In this document: one piece after another, positions 1 to 12,050 of the stretch
How positions within the stretch are numbered: the stretch's first letter is position 1
Layout of the letters: every line of letters begins with the position of its first letter
Assembly: GCA_951406725.2 (NCBI GenBank)
Contig: OX597823.1
Location: 47,368,001-47,432,000 of the forward strand
Reading direction: 5' to 3'
Source: Octopus vulgaris
Lineage: Eukaryota
Length of the DNA: 64,000 nucleotides
The notes under the pieces: model-generated
Databases searched by the model: none
The model's input: the letters and a program-made list of their open reading frames with translations, nothing else
What the model was told of the DNA's origin: nothing
Translations under genes and position numbers: made by a program

Positions 1-929
1 TCCTATTCTCCCTCCCTATAACTCTAACCATAACTCAAATTCTTTTCTTTTTCTTCATTTTTTTTTCATCTATCTTATTTTACTTTTTTATTAAATATTT
101 TTTTTTACCGTAACTTTTGTTAAATTCTCTTTATTTATTATTATCATTATTATTATTATTATTATTATTATTTTGGTTAATCTACTTCCCCTTGCTCTAT
201 ATCTACAGGTGATTGTTGCCCATATTCATAGTTTACAAGCTGTAGCTTACTTCTTTGAGTGTCTGCTTCAATCGGGATATTTATCTGTCTAACCCTAATG
301 TATCCAATTTCTCTTGGCAGCGAGGTGCTGTTTCTGCTACTGAATGCATATATAAATTGCTACATAAGGGAGCACCTGACAGACTGTCTGGTGAAATGTG
401 TGGGTTAGGAGAAGGAAGGAATCAGGCAAGTTAGTTGTTGTGATAATTATACTTGTTGCGGAGGTACGGTGGAATCATTGCAGAACAATGTCAACAGTAA
501 GGCAATATCTTTGGTATTTCAAACAGCTGCTGTGACCCACCTGTTTGCTTATGCTGATTCTCCTTACGATTTCTTTTGGGTTCTCCTAGGCCTGCTGCTG
601 ATAACTTGGCACACTGCCATTTATCAACAGATTATAACTTGCACGTGCATAATGCAATAAGAATAATACCTTACTTGACTACATAAACAAACAGATACTG
701 CAATGTACTATCATGTAACTGAAATATACGGATAACTATGTAGGCAGCTACTAGTCTGTAACTGGTAAATAGAAATACATGAATAAGTACTTATATAAGA
801 AAACACTTAATTATATAACTCATAATTATATAAGACAACGCATACTTCAATTTTTTTTTAATGCTAATATTTCAATACTGTTTCACAGAAATTTATTTTT
901 TATTTTTTTTTATTTTTTGGTTTTGATTT

Positions 930-1320
930 GTTTCAGTTTCAGTCATTAGATTGTGGCCATGCTGGGGCACCGCCCCTTGAAGAATTTTTAGTCAAATGAA
1001 TTGACCCTAGTAATTGTTTTTTTTTTTGTGTGCTTTTGTTTTTTTAAGCCTGGTACTTATTATATTGATTTCTGTTGCCAAGCTGCTAAGTTACAGGGAT
1101 GTAAACAAACACCTGTTGTCAAGCGGTGGTGGGGGACAAGCACAGACATGAACACACACACACACACACACACACACACAGCTTCTTTCAGTTTTTGTCT
1201 ACCAAATCCATTCATGGCTCGAGACTATAGCTGATGACACTTGCCCAAGGTGTCACACAGTGGGACTGAACCTGGAACCATGTGGTTGGGAAGCCAACTT
1301 TTTATCACACAGCCACATCT
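930..1320 (-). mobile_element. tRNA-derived SINE, family A (internal (CA/TG)n), diverged copy
   Basis: Reverse-complement match to the well-preserved copy at 37266-37640 (head ...GTTCAGTCCCACTG...CACCTTGGGCAAGTGTC, tail ...CCAGCATGGCCACAATCTAATGACTGAAAC). Confidence 0.85.
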
Positions 1321-1421
1321 CTTTTGTCTTTGCTCAGAAGTAAATATCTTTGTCCAGTTCTCAACTCAGTATATGACCAGCACTAAACTTAACTTCTCAC
1401 AGATCTCTGTAAGAGAAGCTG

Positions 1422-1648
1422 TAACCCTTTAGCATTCGGATTACTCTGTCAAATGTAAAGCCTGTTTAATCACATTGTTTAAAATTAATTGTAAAGCATC
1501 TTGTAACTCTGAGATTTTGATGATGTCCCTGTTTATTTTTAAAATGAGTTTGTAGGGTAGGTGTGAGAAGTCAGAGCTGGCTGGTTTGAGCATAAAACAG
1601 GAAGACAATTTTGGCCTGATATGACCGGTTTAAACACTAAAGGGTTAA
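1422..1648. mobile_element. piggyBac-like non-autonomous element (MITE)
   Basis: Terminal inverted repeats (G/T)TAACCCTTTAGCATT...AACACTAAAGGGTTAA with TTAA-type flanks; paralogous to 20619-20847. Confidence 0.7.
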
Positions 1649-1964
1649 ACTAGATGCATTTGAGCTTGTTTCATCATAGAGTCATCTTTATCATTGTAAA
1701 TGTCGAGTAATATCACACTGTACTGCCAAGTCTACCCTTCATGGATTGCAGGCTGCATGATCCATAAAGTAGGCTAAAACCTAACGGTAAGCCCCCAGCT
1801 TCGGGACTTAGCTATATCCAATTTAAGTGTATTTAATTTCAAGTTTAGAAGCAGTTAATGTTTAGCTCTTTATTCATTAGGGTTCTGTAATAAACATTAA
1901 TTAGATCAAGTGTTCTCACCATTTTGTTTTATCTATGGATTCCTTTAGTTACTATTTCATTCTA

Positions 1965-2245
1965 GTGCCCATAGCCATTCGATGTTAAAAAAACTAGTTT
2001 TATAGACACTTCTTACAAAATTCCTATTTCGTTTTTTAAACATTAACTTGTGCAGGCTGAATGCTAGAGAAAGACACCTAGTTGTTTCTTGCAATAAATG
2101 CCAATACATACAACGAAAGCAAAATTTTTTATGGACCTTTGAAATACTATTGTGGGTCCCCAATTTAGTAGATTGTTACATGGACCCCATCAAAATCTTA
2201 TATGGACTCTCAGGGGGCCATATGGATCCCAATTGAGAACCGCTA
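1965..2245. mobile_element. hAT (Charlie/MER5-like) DNA transposon remnant, one end recognisable
   Basis: Ends in GGGGCCATATGGATCCCAATTGAGAACCGCT, resembling a CAG(C/T)GGTTCTCAA-type TIR. The left end is not clear. Confidence 0.45.
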
Positions 2246-3215
2246 GATTTGACAAATGATGAAAACTGAATATTACTTGCAACAGTTTGCTCTTATTGCC
2301 AAGTAGATATCTGTACGTAGGAAGTTTCGGGTTGATTCTACCCAAGCTTTCTTAGGTTTCTGTTATTGACTCTACCTGCTAGTTTTAATGCCCTATGCCT
2401 GCTGTCTTAAAATTCATTAACGTAATGCTAAGTTTAACATAGTATATAGTACACCACAAAGGAGGCAATATCCTCGTGCACTTCCACCACTGTTGCACTC
2501 CATTACCTCATCAGATTTGATGAGAGGGAAGTAAGTTGCTAGCTGTATCTTTACCTATTTATTTTTACATCGCTCTCTGTCCTTTAAGTTGCAGAAATAT
2601 TTATGAAATTTACATAAATCTAAACCAGAAAGCTGTTGATATTTATTTTTATTTTGAGGAATTTTTGTTGTTTTTTTTTATCTTCAAGAAGACTGTTAGC
2701 AGAATGTTATGCAAGTCCTCAACAGTCCATTTAGTTTTATGAATTATTGCCATTGTTAAAAGAGACACTTCCCTGGCCCTTTATCTGGTTTGTTAATCTA
2801 ATCATTGACCTTATTCTGTGCCAGTCTTAAATCCCTTTGGTAATATTTATTTACTCCACTGAAATAATGAAGCATTATCTCTAAAACTTAATGTCCGCAC
2901 CCAACCTATCCAGACTTCCCCATCCTCGCCATCACATTATGAAAATAAAGACACACCTACACAGACACTCACGTGTACAAGTGCACACAAACACACACAC
3001 ACACACACATCCTCTCTTTAACTCTCTCACTTTCCCTCTGTGTTTCTTCTCTCTTCCTTGCATCCACAAATAAATAAATACATACCAACTCGTTAAACTC
3101 CCTTGCTCTCTCTTTTTTCATTTTGAAATAACTCTCTCAGCTTTAGTCCCTCTCTCCTTCTCACTTTTTCTCACACTTTCAATAAGTCTTCCTCTCACTT
3201 CGATTTTCTCTTCCA

Positions 3216-3254
<39 letters not shown>

Positions 3255-4699
3255 TGTGCACTCACACATTAACTTGCACATCAGAAATTTCAATCAATAC
3301 AGTTTATTATAGTGTGTTCAATTTCAAACAGTGGTGGCTGTCAGTTAGCTGAGGTTTGCTGCTAGTCTAACACACTTTCTCTGAGCACTAATTAAAGAGA
3401 CATGGGAAAAGGCAAGTCTGCATTTTCAGCACAGAAACCGATACCTAGAATTCTCTTCTTTACCAAATAGAAACAGAAATACTGCACAGGAATTCTTTAT
3501 ATAGTAAATTTTGTTTGTTTTGATTTAAATATATTTTTTTTTTCTGTTTTACTTTTAAATCTCACTCTGTTTTCATATTTTTAGAAAAAAAGTATTCACT
3601 TAATCATATGTGTTTTCAACACACTTATTCTATCAGCTTTTTTATTATTTCTATATTTTTATATTTTTTTTTTTAGTCATTTTAACTTTTTGCTGTTTTA
3701 CTGTCTTACCCAACAGTCATTTTCTTACCACATTAAAATGTTACCGAACAGCTTACCTACTTTTCCTTTTTTTACGCAATGAATTTAATAACATTTTTTT
3801 CTTTCTTTCTTATGCTCATGTGGGTTTATCTGTTCTGCAAATTCAGATAGTTTTTCTGTGTTCCAAGATAAAGTATTTCGATGACCGACTATTTCTCCTA
3901 TAGTAGATCTCATAGCGCATCAAATTAATACTGCTGGTTAATTATCTGCAGTTTGTAGTCTGATTCTAATTTTTGGTACTGCACTGCCTTCATGGCTATC
4001 ATATTTGATTATTGCAGGTTCAGTCCACTCTACCGTATATAGGAACCACGAGTATATTCTCCTTCTTGTTGTAAGGAACAAGGAACAGTGTATTGTAAAC
4101 ATGTCTTGTCAGGTTGTAAAGTTGTCGTCTACATATGATCTTGGAGGAGAAGTGAATAGTTAGCGAGGTGTTCAGCTTTAGACCACAGCTCCACTCACCT
4201 TAACCCAGCAATGCAGACACAGTCACACTCTGACTTTCTCTCTCTCTCCCTCTCTCTCACACACACAACCTCCATTTTACTTTCTTTTTCATACACACAC
4301 TTCTGTCTTTCTCTCTCTCCTCTCTCTTCTTCTCTCAAATTAATATGTTTACACATTTTCTTATTGTCAAGTAAAGTGATTTTTCAGACTAATTCTGTCA
4401 AAGAAAGGAGTGCTCTGCCCAAAGCTTTGGTGAAATTCATGCTGTTTAACCTTAGGCTAGCTTGACTGAGCACACATAGGATCAAAAGTATTTTGGCAAT
4501 GGCTATTACATTTTCTTTTTTTTTTTTTGGTGGTAGTGGTGGCAGTGGTGGGGTGGGATGATTTATCATTATATCTCATCATACATTGTCTAATGTATTC
4601 TAAGAGATCTTTTTTTTTTAAGGTAGTAAAGTGATATGGCTGCTATTTCTACCAGGTCAAATGACCACATAGGGGCTCTTGCTGGCTTATTGTTAGTGA

Positions 4700-5075
4700 G
4701 GTTGATGTTGGGAACATGTGGACAAGGAGAGAATTCTAGATGTGAGTGATTACAGTGGGGAGATCAGGAAAAATGTTCAGTTCAGGGTGAGGGGGTCTAT
4801 AGGTATGGTGTGTGGTTTTGAGGGAATGGTTAAAAGAGGAGCATGGCCTGTAAGGGATGATACATAAGGTGTGGTTTTAAGGGGGCAAGGTCTTTAGGGG
4901 TGATGATAATGAAAGTGGGTATACTGTGTGGTTTCTAGGGAATGTTTGAGGGGGCTAGGGTCTGTATAGATGATGAAGGAAGTTGGGTATGATGTGAAGG
5001 AGTGGTTAATATAGGGGTAGTGTCTTTAAAGGATAACAATAAAAGGTAGGTATTTTGTATGGATTTCAGGGAGTG
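4700..5075 (+). repeat. Degenerate G/T-rich tandem low-complexity block
   Basis: Recurrent GGGTCT(A/G/T)TAG...GTGTGGTTT(T/C)(G/T)AGGG motifs with strong G skew. Confidence 0.5.
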
Positions 5076-5167
5076 TTTTATATGTTTGCTGGTTCATAGG
5101 AGCAGAAATAATTATTGAGGTAGCAATAGAAAAAATATTGAGGTAGCAATAGAAGGGGATACTGTAG

Positions 5168-5790
5168 ATCATCATCCTTTAATGTCCATTTTCCATGCTG
5201 GCATAGGTTGGACTGTTTGACCAGAGCAAGCATACAGGAGAGCTGCACCAGGTTCATGTCTGATTTGACTTTGTTTTGATGGCTGCATGCCCTTCCTAAT
5301 GCCAACCAACCACTTTACAGTGTGTGCTGGGTGCTTTTAATGTGACACCAAGTACTTTTATGTGGTGCTGGCATGAGTACCTTTTACGTGGTACCAGCGC
5401 AGGGCTCTTGCAGACTCTCTTTATTAGGAGAAGTGGCATTAACACTTCCATCATGGAGGATGAGTCTTCTTGAGTACAGCAGAACCCCAGATATTTAGGT
5501 CCTTTCTCATCCCCACTGTAAGGTTCAATCTCCTGAGGTTTTTCTTCAGTACTTCTGACTGTGTCTTCCTGGGTCTCCCTCTTTCACGAGTTCCATCCAC
5601 TTTAAGAGATTGGCACTTCTTTATGGAGCTGTCAGCATCCATCTGCATTACATGACCAAACCAGCGCAGTCTTCTCTCTTGTTCACTGCATTTAATTCCT
5701 CATTCTTCTCATGCCTAACTTTTCTCTCAGTACACTAGCACTCTGTTGCACTTGTAAATTTACACTGCACATCCAGTGGAGCATCAGTAT
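5168..5790 (-). mobile_element. 5'-truncated RTE-clade LINE (C-terminal ORF remnant + 3' UTR + (GAT)n tail)
   Basis: The minus strand encodes RRLRWFGHV..MDADSSIKKCQSLKVDGTRERGRPRKT..., the typical post-RT RTE motif (RW.GHV...G.R.RGRP). Stop at 5451, then a 3' UTR ending in a GATGATGAT tail near 5168. Confidence 0.8.
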
Positions 5791-7728
5791 GCAATATAAT
5801 TATTGTATATATGTGTGTGGTGTTCTGCATGTTTATCTGCCAGTTGGATTGACGTTATCTTGGATACTGTGTAGAATGCTTGTGAATGTAAATGGCCAGC
5901 CAAATAGAATCCATCTATTAGGATTTTTTCTTGTTTTGTTTAATCCTTGAAACCAATGCAATGTAAGAAAAACAAAAACAAATAAGGAACAAAAGTACAT
6001 TGAATTGATTCAATTATCTACTCACCTCCCTAACAAATATTTTTACACCTCGCAAAAAGAAAAATACAGATCAATAGAGTTGAGCAAGCAAAATAGATTC
6101 CTTATTCTCCTGCTCACTTTATTTCTATCTCTTTCTTCACCCATTTCTTCTCTATAATTCACTCTTATTCAGGCATAAAATGTGTTATTAAGTAATATCT
6201 AAAACGGCTGTTTGAAATCTATTTATAGGGGCTACAATCTATTTATAGGGACCATAGTCTATTTACCTTGTAGCTAGATTGACTGAAACTTAGAATAAAC
6301 TTCTTTGTTTAAGAGTGAAATTCTGTTTTTTTTTTTTTTTCCTTTTTCTTTTAATCTTGCTAAGACCCATATTAGTCTCTAATAAACCTACCACGATGTT
6401 TCTTCATCCTTCTTCAACGTCTGACAGATAAATAATAGTAGTTATATTCCAAATGAAAGAGAGAGAGAGAGAGATTGAGATTATGGGACGCTGTGCTGTT
6501 TATAGGTCTTAGCTGTCACACTTTTAGAGTTTGAAGCCTTTTTCTTTATGTCAATTCATAAATATATTTTCATATCTATTATTACAAGCCAGTTATTATT
6601 GGAGCATCAGTTAAACCATTTCACTTGTCCAATGAAATCACTGCAGGAGGGTTTTAAGCTTATTCATTCTAAGAGTTATTTAAGGTTGGTGTGAACAGTG
6701 TTGAGAGACAGAATTGGCAGGGTTTTCCTTACATATATAGATACACTTAGATCAGCTCCATTTATAATAATGACTAATTGATTTAATATAAACTGGAATT
6801 CAAATTTGTTAATATTATATTTCTGACAGTGATGTAGGTTAATTATTCTTTAACTTGCATTTAATTGCCGTTAGTCTTTTCAGGGTGATGGGTCTTCTTT
6901 TATTTGTGTCGTAATACAAAAAACAGATATTAATCATCTCAACTACTTTGTTCAGAATTTAGCAAATTTTCAGTTAACCTCCATTCGTCTGTATTATTCC
7001 AAGTTCTCTAACTTGGATATTGGCATTACCTGTCTCCTTAGCAGTTGGCCTTGGCAAGTCTTGCAGTATTTTTCTCATTGTTAGACATCTTCAAACTTAA
7101 TATCTTTAATAAAAATTTAGTCCAAACTTATTTTTAAATCATTTGAAGTTGTTTTCACCATTAATATGATCTCAGAAGCTCTAACCATTCTGAAGTTGTC
7201 TTTGCACTAAAACAATTCCTTTTCTTTCTTTCTTATTTATATAATTTTCTCTTTCATCTTAGCTTCTTTCACTCTTTTCTTCTCTGATTGTGCCTTCCAG
7301 ACACTCTTCTAGTTTCTAACTGTTTGTTTACAGCTTCATTTTTTAAACCAATTATCTTTTAAACATTCTTTTATGTTTTTTTTTTTACATTTTCAATGCA
7401 TTCCTTCTTTTATAAATTTTACCATTATGTAGCATGTTCTTTGTAACTTTCCTGTGTAGTATAGTTTCATTTGTAGCATCAAGTTAATTTATTTTTATCA
7501 GTTTATCTTAAAAACCTGACGTGGCTTTATGCCATTAACTTGCTGGACCAGTTCAGATTTTGCCACAAGACTTAAATTGTATCCTTCAACACATTATTCT
7601 GCTGCTTGCAGCAATCTAAGCAGTAATTGTCATTGTTGATTAACACCAGGTCAGCCCTGATTGAGCAGATCCGTGATCAAACACATTCCAATTATGACCA
7701 TCCAGCATTCAAGGAAGTATCATCATAA

Positions 7729-8095
7729 TCATCATTATTTAACAGCTGCTTTCCATGCTGGCATGGGTTAGATGGTTTGACTGAAACTGTTAAGCTAGAG
7801 AGCTGCACCAGGTTCCAATCTGATTTGCCATGGTTTCTACGGCTGGATACCCTTCATAATGCCAACCACTCCAAGAGTACAATGGGTGCTAATTACATGC
7901 CACCAACACAGGTGCCAACTGCGTGACATTGGCATCAGCATGACTATGATTTCACTTGGCTTGATGGGTCTTCTCAAAGACAGCATATCTCTGAAAGTCT
8001 TGATCACTTATCATTGCGTCCGTGAGGCTCAATGTTCGAAGGGTGCTTAAGTGCTACCGACATGAGTGCCAACTGGCACCAGTGCTGGTGGCATG
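7729..8095 (-). mobile_element. RTE LINE 3'-end (UTR) copy
   Basis: CATCATTATTTAAC...TTCCATGCTGGCATGGGTT... matches the 3' UTR of 5168-5450. Further copies lie near 12410-12640, 15855-16050, 31175-31300, 45085-45560, 50870-50980, 52350-52450, 58670-58990 and 62300-62680. Confidence 0.7.
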
Positions 8096-8289
8096 TTGAG
8101 AACAGAAGTATATGTCTTTGAATAGATTAACTAATGTATTTGTTCTTTTAAAACTGCTGGTAATGACTTAAGGAAGATTTAACTTCTGTATCTAAAAGAT
8201 CAGGCAACCAAGTAGAGAATTATTTCTTAGATTGTGTAAAAAAAAGATATATTATACATCAGCATATTTTTCAGATTTCCAGATTCATT

Positions 8290-8470
8290 AGCATAACGGG
8301 CAAAATGCTTGGCAGCATTTTGTCTGTCTTGACATTCTGAGTTCAAATGCCACTGAGGTTGACCTCGCCTTTCATTCTTTCAGGATCAGTAAAAATAAAT
8401 ACACGCTGATCAGTGGGATTGATGTAATTGACTTAACCCCTCTCCTGAAATTGCTGGCCTTGTGCCAAAA
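8290..8470 (+). mobile_element. SINE family B, diverged copy
   Basis: Matches 63763-63993 (TTAGCA..GGGCAAAATGCTT...TTCTGAGTTCAAAT...GAGGTTGAC..GCCTTTCAT). Confidence 0.7.
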
Positions 8471-8574
8471 ATAGTTAACAGGCAAGACTTCATTAGTAAA
8501 ATAATCTGCAGTATGACTTCATGTTTAGAAAAGAACACACCAGTTAAGCCATTATGGCTATGTAGTGTGTAAAA

Positions 8575-8900
8575 GTGTGGCTTAGCAGTTAGGGATATTC
8601 CATTCATAACCCGTAAGTTTGTGAGTTCAATTCCTGGTGACATGTTGTGTCCTTGAGCAAGACAGTTTATTTCTTGTTGCTCTAGTCCACTCAGCTGGCA
8701 AAAATAAGTTGTACCCGTATTTCAAAGGGGCTAACCTTGTCACTTTCTGTGTCATGCTGAATCTCCCTGAGAACTTATATTAAGAGTACATGTGTCTGTG
8801 GAGTTTTCAGTCACTCTCGGATTAATTCCGTGAGCAGGCTGTTCCGTTGATTGGATCAACTGGAACATTTTGTTGTCGTAACTGACAGAGCGCCAATTTA
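8575..8900 (+). mobile_element. tRNA-derived SINE, family D
   Basis: A-box-like TGGCTTAGCAGTTAG, B-box-like GAGTTCAATTCC, core TGTGTCCTTGAGCAAGACA. Antisense relatives at 48840-49135 and 49300-49505. Confidence 0.7.
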
Positions 8901-10759
8901 TTGTAAAAGCAGGGAAATGACATTCTGTCACTGGAAATAAACATCTAACGCTATATCAATAACTGCAATAACTGGATGTTTGCAAAACACCAAGTTCACC
9001 ATTAGACCTAACTTATAAATAGGAAATAGACATTTTTAAAGCATTTCCATTTAAGTTTGCTATTATCCCAAACAATCAATAAGGGGGATCTTACTGATAG
9101 ATGCATGATAGGTTTCAATTGATTTTTATGATTGATTCTTGTTTTACGGGTTATGAGTTCAAAACCTATTGTGGTTTCCTTTTTATGTTTTTTTGCTAAA
9201 TCCCCCTGTTACATTTTCTTTTAGTATTTTGGAAAATAGGTTGCACTTCTATTGTGCTTATTACACTCAGTCAACATCAATTTGAAATACGGGAATTTAT
9301 TTAACAGTTTCTTTTACTGAACTCGACCTTCGTGTAATATTTCAGCATCTTGCCAATCTAATGTAAAGTTCTTGTACTGTTAAATGGTACTGAACCTGTC
9401 ACCTTATCTAAGAAAGATATCAATATATTCTTTAAATATTCTTATGTTTTAATTTCCCTACTGCTTTTTTTTTGTTTGTTTGTTTCCTTTTTTTGTTGTT
9501 ATAAAATGGTTAAAATTAATGGGAGACATCAAAATTAGAACATTTTGTCATGGTGAGAAGCCAGAGAATATGGCTCATTCTAATGAAATTCTTCGGTTTC
9601 TTAATTACTTTTAGATACAAATGTTTTCTTTAGAGAGAGAGAGAGAAAAAAAGGAAGCTTAAGAATTTTTGTTAACTCTTTTGTTAGTTCTGGTATGTAG
9701 AACACTTTTTATTTGAGTATAGCTTTTTTTTTTTGTTTCATTGCAAATTAATTTGTTGCACAGGGCAAAAACCTATATATAAAAAAAGAGTACTTTATCA
9801 GCTCAAGACAGAGATCAAAACTACAGTAATTTAACTATTTTCATTTTTTGTTATTTTTTTTTCTCCTTTTTTTTTTTTTTTTGTAAAGAATAGGAGACTA
9901 TTAATTTGTTACCTTTAAGACAAAGAAATTGTTGTGGAGAAAATCCAGCCAAATTATTTTACATGTAATGTTCTTGGAGAAAAAATTAGGGAATTGGATA
10001 AAAGAGAATCAATGTCTACTACATCTTTTTTCTGTTATTGGGTAATTAATGTTTTACGATTTTGTTGCTATGGTTAAAAAAAAAGAAAGTAAAAATAACA
10101 AATCGGTGGGGGGAAAAAAATGACATTGCTTTGAAAGACTCATAGAACTTTTCCAAGAATGAGTTGTTTCATGTGTAAGTGTTAGACAGACCTTTGTCGT
10201 TGGAATAGTGAAAATTCCAAAATGTCTCTATAAATCAGACTTGATATCAATCAGGTCATTGCTATGAGTTTTCCATTCCTCAGTAGTCATTTTATTTTGT
10301 TTTATCAGGTAATAATGATAAAAAAAAACAAAACAGTCTGGCAGTTTGGTGTGTAATCACTTTTTAAAAAAAATTTTTTATTTTATTATGTATGTATTTT
10401 TTTTTTTAAATAATAAAAACCTGTTGCTTCTCCAAAGTAAGGTATAATGGCTTTCCAGTGAACTGTATCAATTTTCTTAGAAGTATCCATATCAACATTT
10501 ATGTAGGACATATTTCAGTTGTCCATCGAACAAACGATGAGATGATTATAGGTGAATTAGATGGAGTTGGTCAGACAACATATTTAAAATAAAATGGCTG
10601 TGCAAGGATAAGTACGCAGCTTTACGTTTAACAGAAACTGTCACTGCTAGAATGAAGTTATTTACTAAATTATGGTGACCAAACCTGAACAAAGTTTGAA
10701 AACTAAGGTTCATTTAACATATGTATTGTGTATATATATATATATATATATATTAACAG

Positions 10760-10798
<39 letters not shown>

Positions 10799-11049
10799 TT
10801 CATGTGGTGCTCACAGAAGAGCCAGGCTCTAATCAACAATGATCAGATATTTATGTTCATTCAAATCTGCCACAGTTTATTAAGAATGAATAGGTACGTT
10901 ATTTTATTTATTTTATATATATATATAAGTTTATATACATATACATGTGTATGATATATATGCATACATGTACTTTGGATATATATTTAAATATGTATAC
11001 AATATATAGGTAAAAGATATATGTTGTTATAAAGCTAAGTTTAATGGCG

Positions 11050-11180
11050 AGTAAAAAGTGCAGGGTACTTTGTTTAAAAAGTCACCAGAGGAGACACAGT
11101 CTGTATGTATCTGTGATGCAAGACACTCATACAGAATGAGTTGAAACAACTGTAATGGATTTGAATGATGAATCTCGGGA

Positions 11181-11226
<46 letters not shown>

Positions 11227-12050
11227 CATAAAACTGCTGTTTGGGTGTGCATTCATCTGCCATTCGAACAATATGGCCACACCATCTCATTTGGTTTTTC
11301 AGAATCATTCATTTAATTGAAGTGATGCCTGCAGATGCAAAGACATCTGTGTTTAGAGTAAAAATAAGAAAAACAAGATGGTCTGGTCATATTGTTTGAA
11401 TGACAGATGAATGCACACCCAAACAGCTGTTTTATGTTGAAATGCAATCAGTGTAAACCTGAAAAAACCCCCCAAAAAACAAAGAGGTTTGAGGACAGCA
11501 TAAGGACTACCATGAAGTCACTTGGAATGGATCCAAAGGCCATAGAAACCCCTACTTTGGATTGAGCTGGATGGCAAACAAAAGTATGGAGTGGAGTGAA
11601 GGCATTTGAGGAGGCCAGGATAACACATGCAAGACTTGAGAGATTTGAAGAAGAATGTTGTGACTGAGAAGGGGAATCTCAGTAATGTTTTTGAGTGCAC
11701 AATTTGTGACAGACCATGCCTTTCTTTTGCTGGACTCAATTCTCATTTGAGGACCCATGAAAAACGAACCTCTACTAACTATTCTGCCTATATATCTCTG
11801 TACACCTTTCAGTGCTGTGTATGCTATAAGGTCTGCAAATCTAGTGGAGGCCTCAAAAGACATTCTAAGATCCACAAAGGTCAGAACTTAACTGCAGCGT
11901 TTGGGGGTCCAAATCAGATATGCAATCTATGTGGGTGTCTTTTCAATACATTCTCTGGTTTAAAAAGTCACATCAGTCTCCATGAGGAATCTAAGGTGTA
12001 GGTACAAGAGATGGCCAGACTCTGCATAAGGAGTAGGCAACCACCATATA
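11050..12050 (+). mobile_element. RTE-clade LINE 3' fragment with internal inversion and C-terminal triple C2H2 zinc fingers
   Basis: Degenerate LY.CD..TLY...LKQL motif (~11100-11150, +). Inverted piece 11227-11358 reads NTDVFASAGITSI..MILKNQMRWCGHIVRMADECTPKQ. Then + strand RWSGHIV..DECTPKQLFY and MKSLGMDP...W...VWSGVKAFEE, then three CxxC..L..HxxxH fingers, a stop at 12001 and a short 3' UTR. Confidence 0.8.
11627..12001 (+). pseudogene. Open C-terminal frame of the RTE ORF: three C2H2 zinc fingers
   Basis: CTICDRPCLSFAGLNSHLRTH, CCVCYKVCKSSGGLKRHSKIH, CNLCGCLFNTFSGLKSHISLH. The upstream LINE frame carries a stop and a frameshift, so this is not an intact gene. Confidence 0.7.

Noticed and set aside
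209-292. Possible terminal coding exon after TCTACAG (WIVAHIHSLQAVAYFFECLLQSGYLSV*)
   Set aside because: No recognisable homology and no linked exons. The island is explained by pairing with ~25370-25570. Cannot be fully excluded without RNA-seq.
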